Origin: a virus
Direction: 5' to 3' (one strand)
Length of the DNA stretch: 64,000 nt
Virus record (IMG/VR): IMGVR_UViG_3300048088_000314
Coordinates: 26,805 to 90,804 of that record
Below, one piece after another: positions 36,741 through 46,098 of this stretch. Below the pieces are notes generated by a model, which ran no database searches, was not told where the DNA came from, and was given only the letters and a program-made list of their open reading frames with translations. Position 1 is the stretch's first letter; every line of letters starts with the position of its first letter. Made by a program: the position numbers and the translations under genes.

Positions 36741-37430
36741 ATGGCCTCTTTCTTCGCGGTCCTCAACCACGGCAACGTCGCGCTCCTCGACGTCGAGGCG
36801 TTCTGCGCCGCCACTGAGGAGCTGATCCTCTCGAAGATCGTGCCGTTCTGGCCGGACTTCGCCGGCACCCGCATCCGGCCGGTTCCCGAGGGCGACAAGG
36901 AGTTCGCCCACGAGATCCCGATCAGCATCGCTCCGAACGCGACGATCGCCGGGACGCTCGGCTACCACACGACGACGCTGCTCGGCCTGCCGGTGGGCAC
37001 CGTGGAGCTTGAGGCGTGTGAACGGTACAACTGGCCGTGGACCGTAGCGGGGAGCCACGAGATCGTCGAGATACTCGGCAACCCATCTGTCTCGCAATTC
37101 GTCCGCGCCGGCGGTCGGACCTTCCCAAGGGAACTCGTCGACTTCACTACAAGCACCCAGATCGACATCGTCGGGGTTCCGGTCTGCTCCTGCGTGACCC
37201 CGCTGTTCTTCGACGTCGCCGCTACGACGGCGCAGGGAGCTTTCGACATCCTCGACGAGGTCGGGGCGCCGCTGCCGACGATCCCCAAGGGCGGCTGGTC
37301 TCAGTGGCAGGACGCCAATGGCATCTATCAGTCGGCCTACGGTGCCGAGGTCACGCCCGATATGATCGCCTACCTGGAGGAGCGCCAGGGCCGCAGCAAG
37401 CGCATCGCGGCGATGCTCAGCGGGGGCTGA
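36741..37430 (+). CDS. zincin-like metallopeptidase
   Basis: LGYH...SHEIVE motif. Confidence 0.55.
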   Translation: MASFFAVLNHGNVALLDVEAFCAATEELILSKIVPFWPDFAGTRIRPVPEGDKEFAHEIPISIAPNATIAGTLGYHTTTLLGLPVGTVELEACERYNWPWTVAGSHEIVEILGNPSVSQFVRAGGRTFPRELVDFTTSTQIDIVGVPVCSCVTPLFFDVAATTAQGAFDILDEVGAPLPTIPKGGWSQWQDANGIYQSAYGAEVTPDMIAYLEERQGRSKRIAAMLSGG

Positions 37431-37609
37431 TGCTGCGGATCATCGCTGCGGTCTGCGTCGTCGCGAGCCTCGCTGGCTGCATCGATGGCGCCCTACTCGG
37501 CCGCGCGGCTTATGACGGGCTCTGGGGCCGCGCCTACGGCTACCATTGCCCGCTCAAGACCCAAGACGCCAGTTGCTACTCTGCCGCTGGCGTTCTCCAG
37601 GAGCGATGA
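37430..37609 (+). CDS. small lipoprotein
   Basis: LAGC lipobox. Confidence 0.6.
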   Translation: MLRIIAAVCVVASLAGCIDGALLGRAAYDGLWGRAYGYHCPLKTQDASCYSAAGVLQER

Positions 37610-38064
37610 TGCCCGACAGCCCGATCACCAACTTCGCCCGCGTCGATGAATTTCTCTGGAGAGGCGCGCGGCCCGATGCGGCCGGGGTAGCGTGGCTGGT
37701 CGCGCAGGGCGTCAAGACGATCATCAGCCTGGAACTGTGGCAGCACGATCCACTTCTCCCTGGCATCGCGAGCATCCATCTAGCGGACTGGGAACCGCTG
37801 CCGGCGATTGCGCCCCAGGTCGAGGACCATCACATCGGAACGTTTCTACGGACCCTCCGCATGGCAACGCCGCCCGCTTTCGTCCATTGCAGAGAGGGGG
37901 TCAACCGCACCGGACGCGCGGTCGCGGCCTATCGGATCATCGAGAAGAACGACCCTGTCGACGCCGTGATCGCCGACATGAAGTCCTACGGCGGGCTCTG
38001 GGAGCCTGCTGATGAGCGCTATCTCCGCGGGCTTGCGGAGCGCAGGAGCAAGTTCGCCGCTTAG
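37606..38064 (+). CDS. tyrosine/dual-specificity phosphatase
   Basis: CX5R motif HCREGVNRTG; NF..VD..LWRG.RP. Confidence 0.85.
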   Translation: MMPDSPITNFARVDEFLWRGARPDAAGVAWLVAQGVKTIISLELWQHDPLLPGIASIHLADWEPLPAIAPQVEDHHIGTFLRTLRMATPPAFVHCREGVNRTGRAVAAYRIIEKNDPVDAVIADMKSYGGLWEPADERYLRGLAERRSKFAA

Positions 38065-38128
38065 GGCGCCGGCCGGCCGAAAACAGGCCGGCGTTCCGCA
38101 GAAATCCTACATGCCCCGATAGAAACAA

Positions 38129-38392
38129 TTAAGGGCGAAGCAGGGTATCTGTGAAGTGCCGTGCTTTGACTGCCAGATCATCGTCGGCCGTTTGCGGCGC
38201 GCCGATCAGTGCCGCTACGTCTTCAATGAAATCAGCGTCAAATCTCGCTTCCACCTTACCGCCGCCATCCGCGAACTCGCAAAGAATGCCTAGGCGGGCA
38301 TTTCCTTTCTGTTTGGCGAGTTCAACTGCATGCCGAATATAGGGCAGAACTTTGAGAAGACCGGCGCGCGCTTCGTCGATTGTCTTCGCCAC
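38129..38392 (-). CDS. hypothetical protein
   Basis: Last ORF of the leftward operon. Confidence 0.55.
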   Translation of the reverse strand: MAKTIDEARAGLLKVLPYIRHAVELAKQKGNARLGILCEFADGGGKVEARFDADFIEDVAALIGAPQTADDDLAVKARHFTDTLLRP

Positions 38393-38407
38393 TTTGTTTG
38401 ATCCCCC

Positions 38408-38926
38408 TTAACGGTATCTATCAGCGGTGAGGCAGGCGCCGAGGTCGCCGACGTAGAGCGTATATCCGACGCGCCAGTCTCCGAGGAACACGGCTTGCGC
38501 ATCGGCCAGAGACATCGAGCGCTCGCGGCAGACCTTCTTCCAAAGCAGGTCTTCGAGATGGTCTTTGCAGCGGTAGTCTGGGGCGGGCTGATACCAGAGG
38601 TTCTTCAGCGTGTCGGCCCCCCCGAGGCTGAGTTCAACCCGGTGGTCGATCTCCGAAGGCATGTGTAGCGGCGCGTGGTACTCGCGAATGACCGCGAGCT
38701 TCATCTCCCGCGTGGTCTTGCGATGCCGCTTCGAATAGGAAAGCCCATTGACGTAGCCACAGACCTCGCTGACGTCGGTCGAGGCGATCTCGCCAGGGGT
38801 AAGCGTCGGATCTGGAATAGCGGCCTCCTGCGCCTCGGCTGGGGTCCACAGGGCCACGACGACGATCGCCAGGGCCAGGGCGTCGAGGAACCGATTTTTC
38901 TCCGCGCGGAGTCGGGCGTTCATCAC
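38408..38926 (-). CDS. secreted HNH-like nuclease
   Basis: Signal peptide; PDP.LTPG; EIDH.V.L.LGG....NLW.QP..KD.LE. Confidence 0.65.
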   Translation of the reverse strand: MMNARLRAEKNRFLDALALAIVVVALWTPAEAQEAAIPDPTLTPGEIASTDVSEVCGYVNGLSYSKRHRKTTREMKLAVIREYHAPLHMPSEIDHRVELSLGGADTLKNLWYQPAPDYRCKDHLEDLLWKKVCRERSMSLADAQAVFLGDWRVGYTLYVGDLGACLTADRYR

Positions 38927-39291
38927 GTGGTCCTTCCTTTCGCGATGATCGGAATCATCCGGCCCTGGCCGGATTCGGCGATCTGCTCCGCCAGCCACTT
39001 GGGCATGGCGTAGGACATCCCGCCCTCGTCGGGGCCGACCGCCTCGAAGGTTTCCTGGAAGGCCTTGTCCGACATCACCGCGCAATCCCCGCTCGGCATT
39101 TCCAGAACCCAGGTGCCCGCGCGAGCGGTCGCCTCGACGCCGTTCCCGGTCAGCGTGAACTCCATCCCCTCGGGAACCTGCGCAGCGGCAACGATGACCT
39201 TGCCGAACGCCGCGGTTCCCTTGAACTCGATCACTTCCCGCGTGACGTAAAGGTGCGAGAGCGCTCGGAGAGCGGCAGCGCCATCGCTCAT
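38923..39291 (-). CDS. phage hypothetical protein
   Basis: A..G.WV....G......F..TFE pattern; coupled overlaps. Confidence 0.6.
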   Translation of the reverse strand: MSDGAAALRALSHLYVTREVIEFKGTAAFGKVIVAAAQVPEGMEFTLTGNGVEATARAGTWVLEMPSGDCAVMSDKAFQETFEAVGPDEGGMSYAMPKWLAEQIAESGQGRMIPIIAKGRTT

Positions 39292-39680
39292 GGCTTGATC
39301 CCGACTGCTCGCATTGCGGCGTCGGTCGCCGGCCCAAGATCGCGGAGAATCTCGAGCGATCCGCGGTGACCGCCGATGTCCTCGCCCGCGGCGTCGACCG
39401 CGTCGCAGAGCTCGGCCGACAGCCGGATCAGGTCGAGTATCTCCTGGGGAAATTTGGGCGTCGGGCGAGGGGGCATCTTCAGAACCTCAATCGCGTGCCT
39501 CCGGAACGGAAGACGCTTTATGTACCCTCGTTCCTCCAGGCCGGTCACTAGACGATGGACGCCGGATTTCGAATTGAGCCCCAGGTTGGCGGCTATCGTC
39601 TGGTAACTTGGCGACGATCCACAGGTCTCGGTATAGCTGGCTATGAAACTCAGCGCGCGATTCTGTTGGGGTGTCAGCAT
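39288..39680 (-). CDS. LexA DNA-binding-domain protein without protease domain
   Basis: LT..Q..L.FI......SPSY..I...LGL.SKSGVHRLV..LEERGYI.R. Confidence 0.85.
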   Translation of the reverse strand: MLTPQQNRALSFIASYTETCGSSPSYQTIAANLGLNSKSGVHRLVTGLEERGYIKRLPFRRHAIEVLKMPPRPTPKFPQEILDLIRLSAELCDAVDAAGEDIGGHRGSLEILRDLGPATDAAMRAVGIKP

Positions 39681-40009
39681 CGTCCCATTCCGAAACAGTG
39701 GAGGAAGGTTTGGTAGACCAGCGCCGGCGCGGCGCTCCAGAACCGATCGAACGGCGGCGACCGCAACTCCAGATCGGCGAACTCAAGCTGCTTGACGACC
39801 TCCGGACAGCCAGGCCCGGCAAACCTGTGCAGCGCGGCCTTGCGGGGATTTACCCACTGAAAAAGAAAATGCCCTCGCCGGCTCTCTACGCACGGCTGGA
39901 AGGCTGATTCTCGTTGCATGTAGCGGAGGACCGCGTCGGCCTGGAAAGGAGCATAGCCATGGGCTAGGAGCCACGACAGCGCGAAAGCGCGCACGATCTC
40001 GCTGGTCAT
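39674..40009 (-). CDS. stand-alone phage-tail-lysozyme-like protein
   Basis: M.RES.F.P....G..LFQW...R..AL..FA...QL.F...EL. Confidence 0.5.
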   Translation of the reverse strand: MTSEIVRAFALSWLLAHGYAPFQADAVLRYMQRESAFQPCVESRRGHFLFQWVNPRKAALHRFAGPGCPEVVKQLEFADLELRSPPFDRFWSAAPALVYQTFLHCFGMGRC

Positions 40010-40071
40010 GCCGTTTACGGTTCCGGGACTGTTGGGGAAGCCGAAACCGTGCACGTCTAAAGTTAGCGATG

Positions 40072-40563
40072 TCAACCGTCCTCCTCTTCCTCCCTCGCGG
40101 GGCGCCAGTCGCCGAACCGCAGGCCTTCGCTGGTCCAGGTCCTTACCGCGCAGTTGAACGACGGCTTCCCATTCTTCTTGAAAAGCTGGATCACGATCCA
40201 CCCGATCCCCGGGCGCCTCCGCCGCCAAGTCTGTCCGGCCGCCTTCTCCGAAAAGCCGATCCGCGTGTCCGGCGTGACGACGATGTAGATGCCGCGCCGG
40301 CCGGTCGGGCTCCCGTCCTTCCATTCCTCGATGATGCCACGGGGCAGGGTGGAGAACTCGGCCTGGGCCTTCTCCACCCGCCACGCAGCGCGCGCCTCGT
40401 TGGCCTCCAGCAGCGCCTCTTTGGCCGCGGCGAGCGCCGATGCGTGCCGGGCGTAGACCTCTTTCTTGATCCCGCGGCACCGCTCCACGTACTCATCCTC
40501 CCGCGCCCTCTCCAGGCGGATGATGTACTGGTACGCGGCGGCGTAGGCCTCGTTCGGGGTCAC
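40072..40563 (-). CDS. hypothetical protein
   Basis: GTGA overlap with RecT. Confidence 0.55.
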   Translation of the reverse strand: MTPNEAYAAAYQYIIRLERAREDEYVERCRGIKKEVYARHASALAAAKEALLEANEARAAWRVEKAQAEFSTLPRGIIEEWKDGSPTGRRGIYIVVTPDTRIGFSEKAAGQTWRRRRPGIGWIVIQLFKKNGKPSFNCAVRTWTSEGLRFGDWRPAREEEEDG

Positions 40564-41921
40564 CCGCCAAGCGCCTCGCGCTTCGCCGCCTCGTTCTTGA
40601 GGACGGTGGCATAGAACACCGGCGCCGTGGTCTTGAAGTCAGCGAGCAGGGCGGCATTGTCCGCCAGCAGCTTGTCGACTTCCCCGGGGGATTGGCAATG
40701 TCCGACCAGATTCGACAACTGATCGCGCATCACCGCCCAGTTCGGCTTGCCGTTGGGCTGCATGGCGATCTCGACCGCCCAACTGGACTCATCGAAGATC
40801 GTCGGGCGCGGATCGGGCAGCAGCGTCGATTGACGCGCGCCAACGGCCGTGGTCGGCAATGGCGCTTGCCGGGAAGGCTGCGCCGCGCTCGCGACTCCGC
40901 GCGGAGTCGCGTTGTTGGGCTCTGGCGCCGGGTTCTCGCGCTCCACGGGCTCGTCATCATCTCCCGGCTCCCGCGGCGCAGGCTCAGCCGGCCCGGCACG
41001 TTCGCGAATCTCCGCGTAGTAGGTGCTGAGGAGTCGCGTCAGATCGCCGTGGCCGTTGGTCTCGAGATCATCCATCAGCGCCGCGCTGTTCTCCCAGACC
41101 GTCAGCACGCCCCTGACACCCTCCCGCAGCGCCGCATCCAGCGCGTCTCTGAAGGCCTGCGCCGCCTGCTCATGGCCCGGAACCATCGTGGCCTCGCCGG
41201 TGTGGTCGATGACCTCATAGGCGACCACCACAGGCTCCGCCGGCTGCTCGTCGAAGTCGCGACGGGGCCGCGCCGTCTCCGGCGTGATGTTTTGGGCGCG
41301 ATCGGAGGGGTCGCCCAGGTCGATGCCCTGCTCGATCTCGTCGCGGGTATAGATGCCGAGCAGCGTTTCCGGCAGATGCCGCCGCGCCCATGCGCGCACC
41401 GAATAGTAGAACAACTGCTGGTCGGGGTCCGCGCGCCACAGCGGGCTATTTTTGACCTCGATTTCCTTGATTGTCGGCGATTCGTATTCGAACGGCTCAT
41501 CCTCGTCCTTGATGTAGCCGACAATCTTGCAGCGTCGGTTGATCCCCTCTCCCGAATAGAACGGGCGCAGGCGCTTGGTGAGCGGGCCGCAGGTGTTGAC
41601 GATCGCGTGCACCAACTGTGCCTCGTAGGCGACCTGTTCCTCACCGGCTTTGTTTTTGGTCACGTAGGCCTTGTTGGATACCGCGAAGGGGTCGGCGCCC
41701 CATTTGAAGGCCTGCATTGCTATCGCCAGACAGGCTCCCGGATTGCCGCGGAACTGCGGCCTAACGCAAAACCCGGAGACCGCCATCATCTTGGCAAATT
41801 CCATCATCTCGCCGATGTTGCGCGGCGCGATGGCGAGCGCGCCCTGCATCCCGCCGACCGTGGCGATGGCGCCGGCAACTTCCTTGTCGATAGCGTTCTC
41901 GATCCTCTGGATTTCAGCCAT
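40560..41921 (-). CDS. recT: RecT-family single-strand annealing protein
   Basis: RGNPGACLAI.MQA..WG.DPFAV..K; YEAQL; NSPLW..DPDQQL.Y...R.WARR. Confidence 0.85.
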   Translation of the reverse strand: MAEIQRIENAIDKEVAGAIATVGGMQGALAIAPRNIGEMMEFAKMMAVSGFCVRPQFRGNPGACLAIAMQAFKWGADPFAVSNKAYVTKNKAGEEQVAYEAQLVHAIVNTCGPLTKRLRPFYSGEGINRRCKIVGYIKDEDEPFEYESPTIKEIEVKNSPLWRADPDQQLFYYSVRAWARRHLPETLLGIYTRDEIEQGIDLGDPSDRAQNITPETARPRRDFDEQPAEPVVVAYEVIDHTGEATMVPGHEQAAQAFRDALDAALREGVRGVLTVWENSAALMDDLETNGHGDLTRLLSTYYAEIRERAGPAEPAPREPGDDDEPVERENPAPEPNNATPRGVASAAQPSRQAPLPTTAVGARQSTLLPDPRPTIFDESSWAVEIAMQPNGKPNWAVMRDQLSNLVGHCQSPGEVDKLLADNAALLADFKTTAPVFYATVLKNEAAKREALGG

Positions 41922-42240
41922 TGATCTGGTTCTCCCAATTGACGCTGATGTGCGGTGGCTCGATGACCGTGCCTTTATCGACGATCGCCTGCAGCGTCAC
42001 GATGCACTTGACCTCGGTGCCGGCGTCCATGATCGGCGCCACGGCCCTGGCGGTGGCGGCTGGCAGGAAGCCGACCTTGACCCCGGTGATATAGCAGGCG
42101 ACCGCGTTGCGGTCGTAGCGGTTGTCGGGCTCGCGCCGAAGGTCGATCTCGTCGTCCTCCAGCAGGGAGGCGACAAACTCGATCGCCGCCTCGCCGTGGT
42201 GCTTGGTCCCGACGCATACCGTTCGGATGCCCATCGTCAA
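41914..42240 (-). CDS. HIRAN domain protein
   Basis: VGT.H; LRREPDN.YD.NAV......VGFLP. Confidence 0.85.
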   Translation of the reverse strand: MTMGIRTVCVGTKHHGEAAIEFVASLLEDDEIDLRREPDNRYDRNAVACYITGVKVGFLPAATARAVAPIMDAGTEVKCIVTLQAIVDKGTVIEPPHISVNWENQING

Positions 42241-42527
42241 CCTTCCTTTGCCTTGGCTAAAGCGAGCTCGCCTTTGATCGGGGCCTCGTTGAGAAGCTGG
42301 TAGTCTTGTAGTGCGATGTGGCGAACACCGGGCATCATGTCATGGACAAGCCGCAGCAACATCTCGGTGGCTTGGACCAGTTGATCGTGCGCCCGCACCT
42401 TCCTGGCGGCTTCGCTCCGCTCTATCGGGCTGTCGACAATCCCTTGAGCCCAAAAGTCGGTGCCCACGCCATGCCGGCGGCAATTCGGATCTTCGCCCTT
42501 GACCTCAAGGCAGGTGCACCCTCCCAT
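42237..42527 (-). CDS. hypothetical protein
   Basis: Fits the operon. Confidence 0.5.
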   Translation of the reverse strand: MGGCTCLEVKGEDPNCRRHGVGTDFWAQGIVDSPIERSEAARKVRAHDQLVQATEMLLRLVHDMMPGVRHIALQDYQLLNEAPIKGELALAKAKEG

Positions 42528-42530
42528 CGC

Positions 42531-43484
42531 CTACGTCCTGATCGTAGTGGTGGTTACCGGGTCTACCGTAGCGCCGGGGAGCGTGCGCACGCCGGCCCGC
42601 ACCTGCCGGTCGTAGATTTGCTGGATGCACGCTTCCACCGCGGCCCCGTCAATCCGTCTCGCGTGGCGGATCGCTGCCGTCAGGTCGGTGATCGTGGCCT
42701 TGTAGGTCACGCGAGCAGATGCGGTGACGCCGTAGACCGAGCGAGTCGGGGCGGCGGTGGTCTGCTCCGCCTGTCGGTCAAGCGCCTCGGCGCTGGCCGT
42801 CGCCTGCCGCTCGGCCTGCTCCTGCACGCGCTGCTCTTGCGCCGCCCTTTGGGCCTCCAGGTCGCGCGCTCGCGCGGCCTCTGCGGCCTCGGCACGGGCC
42901 CGCTGCCGGCTCTCCGCATCCTTGGCCGCCGCGGCGCGCTCTTCCGCTTCCCGGCGCAGGCGTTCGGCCTCGGCGATCTTGCGCTGGGCGACGCTCTCGG
43001 CCTCTGCGCGCTTCCGAGCTTCTTCCTCCGCCTTGCGCCGCTGCGCCTCCGCCTCGGCTTGCAGGCGGCGTCGCTCTGCCGCCGCCGCTTCCTCCCGGCG
43101 CCGGCGGTTCTCGTCGACGATCCCGACGATCCGTGTCTGCGCAGCGGCGAGCAGCCCCGCCAGCGAATTGAAGTGCGCGTCGACGGCGCGGCTGGCGGTG
43201 AGGAACGGCTCCTTGCGCTCCTTGCGCGCCGTATCGACCTCGCGCAGGAAGTCGCGGATCATCCCGGCCAGGAGGACGCAGTTCTCCTCGTCCTTGGGGT
43301 TGGCCTTGCCGACCTGCTCGACGAGGTCCGCGGCCCTGGCGCGCAACTGCACCGTCTCTTCGACCAGGATCTCGGGCAGCGTGCGCTCGGGGAGGTCGGG
43401 CGGCTCATTGCCGCCGATCGTCGCCCGCGGGTTGTCGTCAGCCTCGACCTCCTCGGTCGGGCGTAGTGCCTTACGGTTTAGCAT
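42531..43484 (-). CDS. coiled-coil phage protein
   Basis: IGGN.PP, RK..K.P.L...R.VD..F and PG C-terminal patterns; AEE-rich coil. Confidence 0.7.
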   Translation of the reverse strand: MLNRKALRPTEEVEADDNPRATIGGNEPPDLPERTLPEILVEETVQLRARAADLVEQVGKANPKDEENCVLLAGMIRDFLREVDTARKERKEPFLTASRAVDAHFNSLAGLLAAAQTRIVGIVDENRRRREEAAAAERRRLQAEAEAQRRKAEEEARKRAEAESVAQRKIAEAERLRREAEERAAAAKDAESRQRARAEAAEAARARDLEAQRAAQEQRVQEQAERQATASAEALDRQAEQTTAAPTRSVYGVTASARVTYKATITDLTAAIRHARRIDGAAVEACIQQIYDRQVRAGVRTLPGATVDPVTTTTIRT

Positions 43485-43578
43485 TGGTTGGCTTCCCTTT
43501 CGTCTTTGAACCGGACTTCCGTACGCAGCGTCTTCAGCGCCTCGAGCATCTCGGGCGTCCATTTGATCGGGGCCGGCA

Positions 43579-44232
43579 TCACCGTTCTCCCTCGGCATAG
43601 TCGAGTTGGGCCTTGTGCGGGTCGTTTCGGATCAGGTCGCGGGAGCAGAGCGGCCAGTCGTAGTCGAAGAGGTAGTTGTGGCTGTTGTTTTCGAGGTTGT
43701 ACCGATGATCGGAGAGCGACACCTTGACGTACTGGCGCATACAACCGGGAGCTTCGATCAGGGGTGTTGCATGCACCACGTAGGGGGTGATCGCGTACAA
43801 TCGCTTCTCTGGGAGATGGACGACAGTCTGAGGGCGAACCTGCTCCTCGAACTGTCGAAGCGATGTCACGTGATCGTCGGTGATGTCCTTGAAGGGTTGG
43901 ATCGCGAACCGCGTACCCGGGCCCGACCACCAGACGAAGTTGAGGTCGTTGGTGCCGAACCCATCGCAGTGCCAACCAGGCCGGTTGAGCGGGTTATCGG
44001 GGGTCGCCCAACCCTTGCGGGCGCTCAGATAGACATACTGATAGCGATCCCTGCCGGCATACCTGATCGCGTCCTCAATGAGAGGGCGACAGCACTCGAC
44101 ATTGGGCGGAAGGCGAATGCTGGGAAGGACGGTGGTGCGCTCGATCGCCACCGGCAGATAGAGGTAGTACATGACTTCGCGCAGATCGAAGCCGAAGTCC
44201 CCGACAGGGATCGGTAGATCGCCGTATGGCAT
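43579..44232 (-). CDS. 2OG-Fe(II) oxygenase-like protein
   Basis: RPGWHCDG ... VVH ... R motif. Confidence 0.55.
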   Translation of the reverse strand: MPYGDLPIPVGDFGFDLREVMYYLYLPVAIERTTVLPSIRLPPNVECCRPLIEDAIRYAGRDRYQYVYLSARKGWATPDNPLNRPGWHCDGFGTNDLNFVWWSGPGTRFAIQPFKDITDDHVTSLRQFEEQVRPQTVVHLPEKRLYAITPYVVHATPLIEAPGCMRQYVKVSLSDHRYNLENNSHNYLFDYDWPLCSRDLIRNDPHKAQLDYAEGER

Positions 44233-45551
44233 CACTTGCCTCCCTTCATGCGATCCCGGATCTCCTCGAAGGTGTGATAGACGAGCAGCTCGCCGTTCCG
44301 GAACACCTCGACCATGCCGCGATGCTGGCGACCGGCCTTTGACCGCTTCCCTGGATCGGTGACCGGATCCTTGTAGACCTCGCGCCATTGCCCATCGATC
44401 TCGATGGCCGAGCATTTGAGGGCGAACCCGAGAGTATCTCGGTTGACCTTCTGGAGAAGGCCACCGCCCGATCCAAAGGCGATGTTGTCCGCTGACCACC
44501 AAGCATCGATCATGTGAGACAAGATGCGCAGGATCATGGTGTGGTCGATGCCGTCGCCCTGGAGGACGCGGACATGCGGGTCAAGCACAAAGAAACCCTT
44601 GTCGTTCTTCGTCGTCCCAAACGCCTCGCCCAGGATGGCGAGAACCTTCAAGACGGTGACAACGGGGTCGCCGCTGTCGGGGCGGATCACGAGAGTTCCA
44701 TCGCGCGCCAGGACTCGATCCCGCAGCTCGCGGCCCCAAGCGTTCCGACAGGCCGCGAAGACGTCGTAGCTGTCGGAAACCACCGCCACGAGCCCCGTGG
44801 GAAATTCCTTCAGCATGTGGGCGAAGGCCTCGATCTCGTGCCCATAACCCCAGGCGGTGATAGTCGAGTGTTCGGCTGCCGGGATTGAAAACCCTGCCAT
44901 CGGCTCGCCACTGTAGAACTGCTTCGCCATCTCGATGCCGGCGAGCGTGTCAGTTCCCAGAAAGGTGAGGAGATGGGCGGCGGCACCGATGCCCGCCGAC
45001 TCCTCCGAGGTCGAACCGCGGTAGCCGAAATCGTGCACCTTGAACGGCAACAGCGAGATATCCCCGGTTTCCCGGAGATGGTCGCCCACGATCTTTCCGA
45101 GGTTCCGGCTTTGTGTGGCGATCGTACAGGGATACCAGATTTGGCAAAGCAACGTTTCGACGTAGTTGGTGAGCCAAGGAAGCTCCGGGTCGGTATTCTC
45201 GATAACCATCAGGGGCGTCCCGGTCGGATGTGTCGTCCCTTCCTCAACGGCGCTGATCGTCAGCGGGAGTCGGCCACCGTGTACATCGACGATGCGCTTC
45301 CATCCATCGACGTTGAATAGGCTTCCGTCCCCGAAGTGATCCCGAAAGAAGTCATTCGCCTTTGCAATATCGCCATGGTCGACGCGGCACCCCGTGAGGT
45401 GTTTTTTCAGGATGTACTGAAGCCCGAAGAAGGCGACCTCGTTCGACAGCCCACCGCGTGCCTCAAGGTAGGAGTGCACGCGGGTCGTCCCCGGCGGATA
45501 CTGCCGCCAGTGCGAAACCTTGTAGCTATCGGTCTTCGTGATGATGCTCAT
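44232..45551 (-). CDS. nadV: nicotinamide phosphoribosyltransferase
   Basis: TDSYK.SH..QYP, HDFG.RG, SIPAAEHS, VSDSYD, IRPDSGDP, QGDG, FGSGG.LLQ..RDT. Confidence 0.95.
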   Translation of the reverse strand: MSIITKTDSYKVSHWRQYPPGTTRVHSYLEARGGLSNEVAFFGLQYILKKHLTGCRVDHGDIAKANDFFRDHFGDGSLFNVDGWKRIVDVHGGRLPLTISAVEEGTTHPTGTPLMVIENTDPELPWLTNYVETLLCQIWYPCTIATQSRNLGKIVGDHLRETGDISLLPFKVHDFGYRGSTSEESAGIGAAAHLLTFLGTDTLAGIEMAKQFYSGEPMAGFSIPAAEHSTITAWGYGHEIEAFAHMLKEFPTGLVAVVSDSYDVFAACRNAWGRELRDRVLARDGTLVIRPDSGDPVVTVLKVLAILGEAFGTTKNDKGFFVLDPHVRVLQGDGIDHTMILRILSHMIDAWWSADNIAFGSGGGLLQKVNRDTLGFALKCSAIEIDGQWREVYKDPVTDPGKRSKAGRQHRGMVEVFRNGELLVYHTFEEIRDRMKGGK

Positions 45552-45741
45552 AGGGGGCGTCCTCGGCGTGGGGTTGCGGGCGGGTTACGCTGGCGTAACC
45601 GGGGAAAGGCCTCATCGAGGCGGCGCAGATGCACCTCGTTGTCGGCCTTGAGTTTGATCAGCTCGGGCATCGTGTCGGTCTGGTTGGCCAGGAAAGCCAG
45701 TGGTCGCGCAGCACCGGGAAATTGACGGCCGGGGAGGGGCC

Positions 45742-46098
45742 TCAGAACGGGAGTTCGACATCTCTCAACCTCACCTTCTTGCGGGGGTTCGCCCGCGGAT
45801 CGTTGGGCCGGTTCTCCCGGAGCCATTTCACGTCGGCAACCTCAAAAGCGTAGCGCTGGGCGTCGATCGGCTCGCCCCGCGTCGTCCATACCCGCTCGAC
45901 CGCCGCCTCTTCCCCGGCGACCTCGGCGAAGATGCCGAGGATTCGCGTCTCGGCGTTCGGCCAGGGATCGATCGGCAGCCCTTCGTGTTCCGGTAGCCGC
46001 TCGATCCAGATCCTGGCTGGCACCCTTGCGCCGCCGGACGTCTCCCGGATAAGCCAGTGCCCCGGCTGGGGGTCGTCGATCTGCCGCGGCTCGGTCAC
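45742..46098 (-). CDS. phage hypothetical protein
   Basis: P.PG.W..R...GG..VPARIW motif. Confidence 0.6.
   Translation of the reverse strand: MTEPRQIDDPQPGHWLIRETSGGARVPARIWIERLPEHEGLPIDPWPNAETRILGIFAEVAGEEAAVERVWTTRGEPIDAQRYAFEVADVKWLRENRPNDPRANPRKKVRLRDVELPF

Noticed and set aside
43478-43579. 33-aa WTPEMLEALK peptide as a GcrA-like regulator
   Set aside because: Too short to hold the full HTH; at most a remnant.
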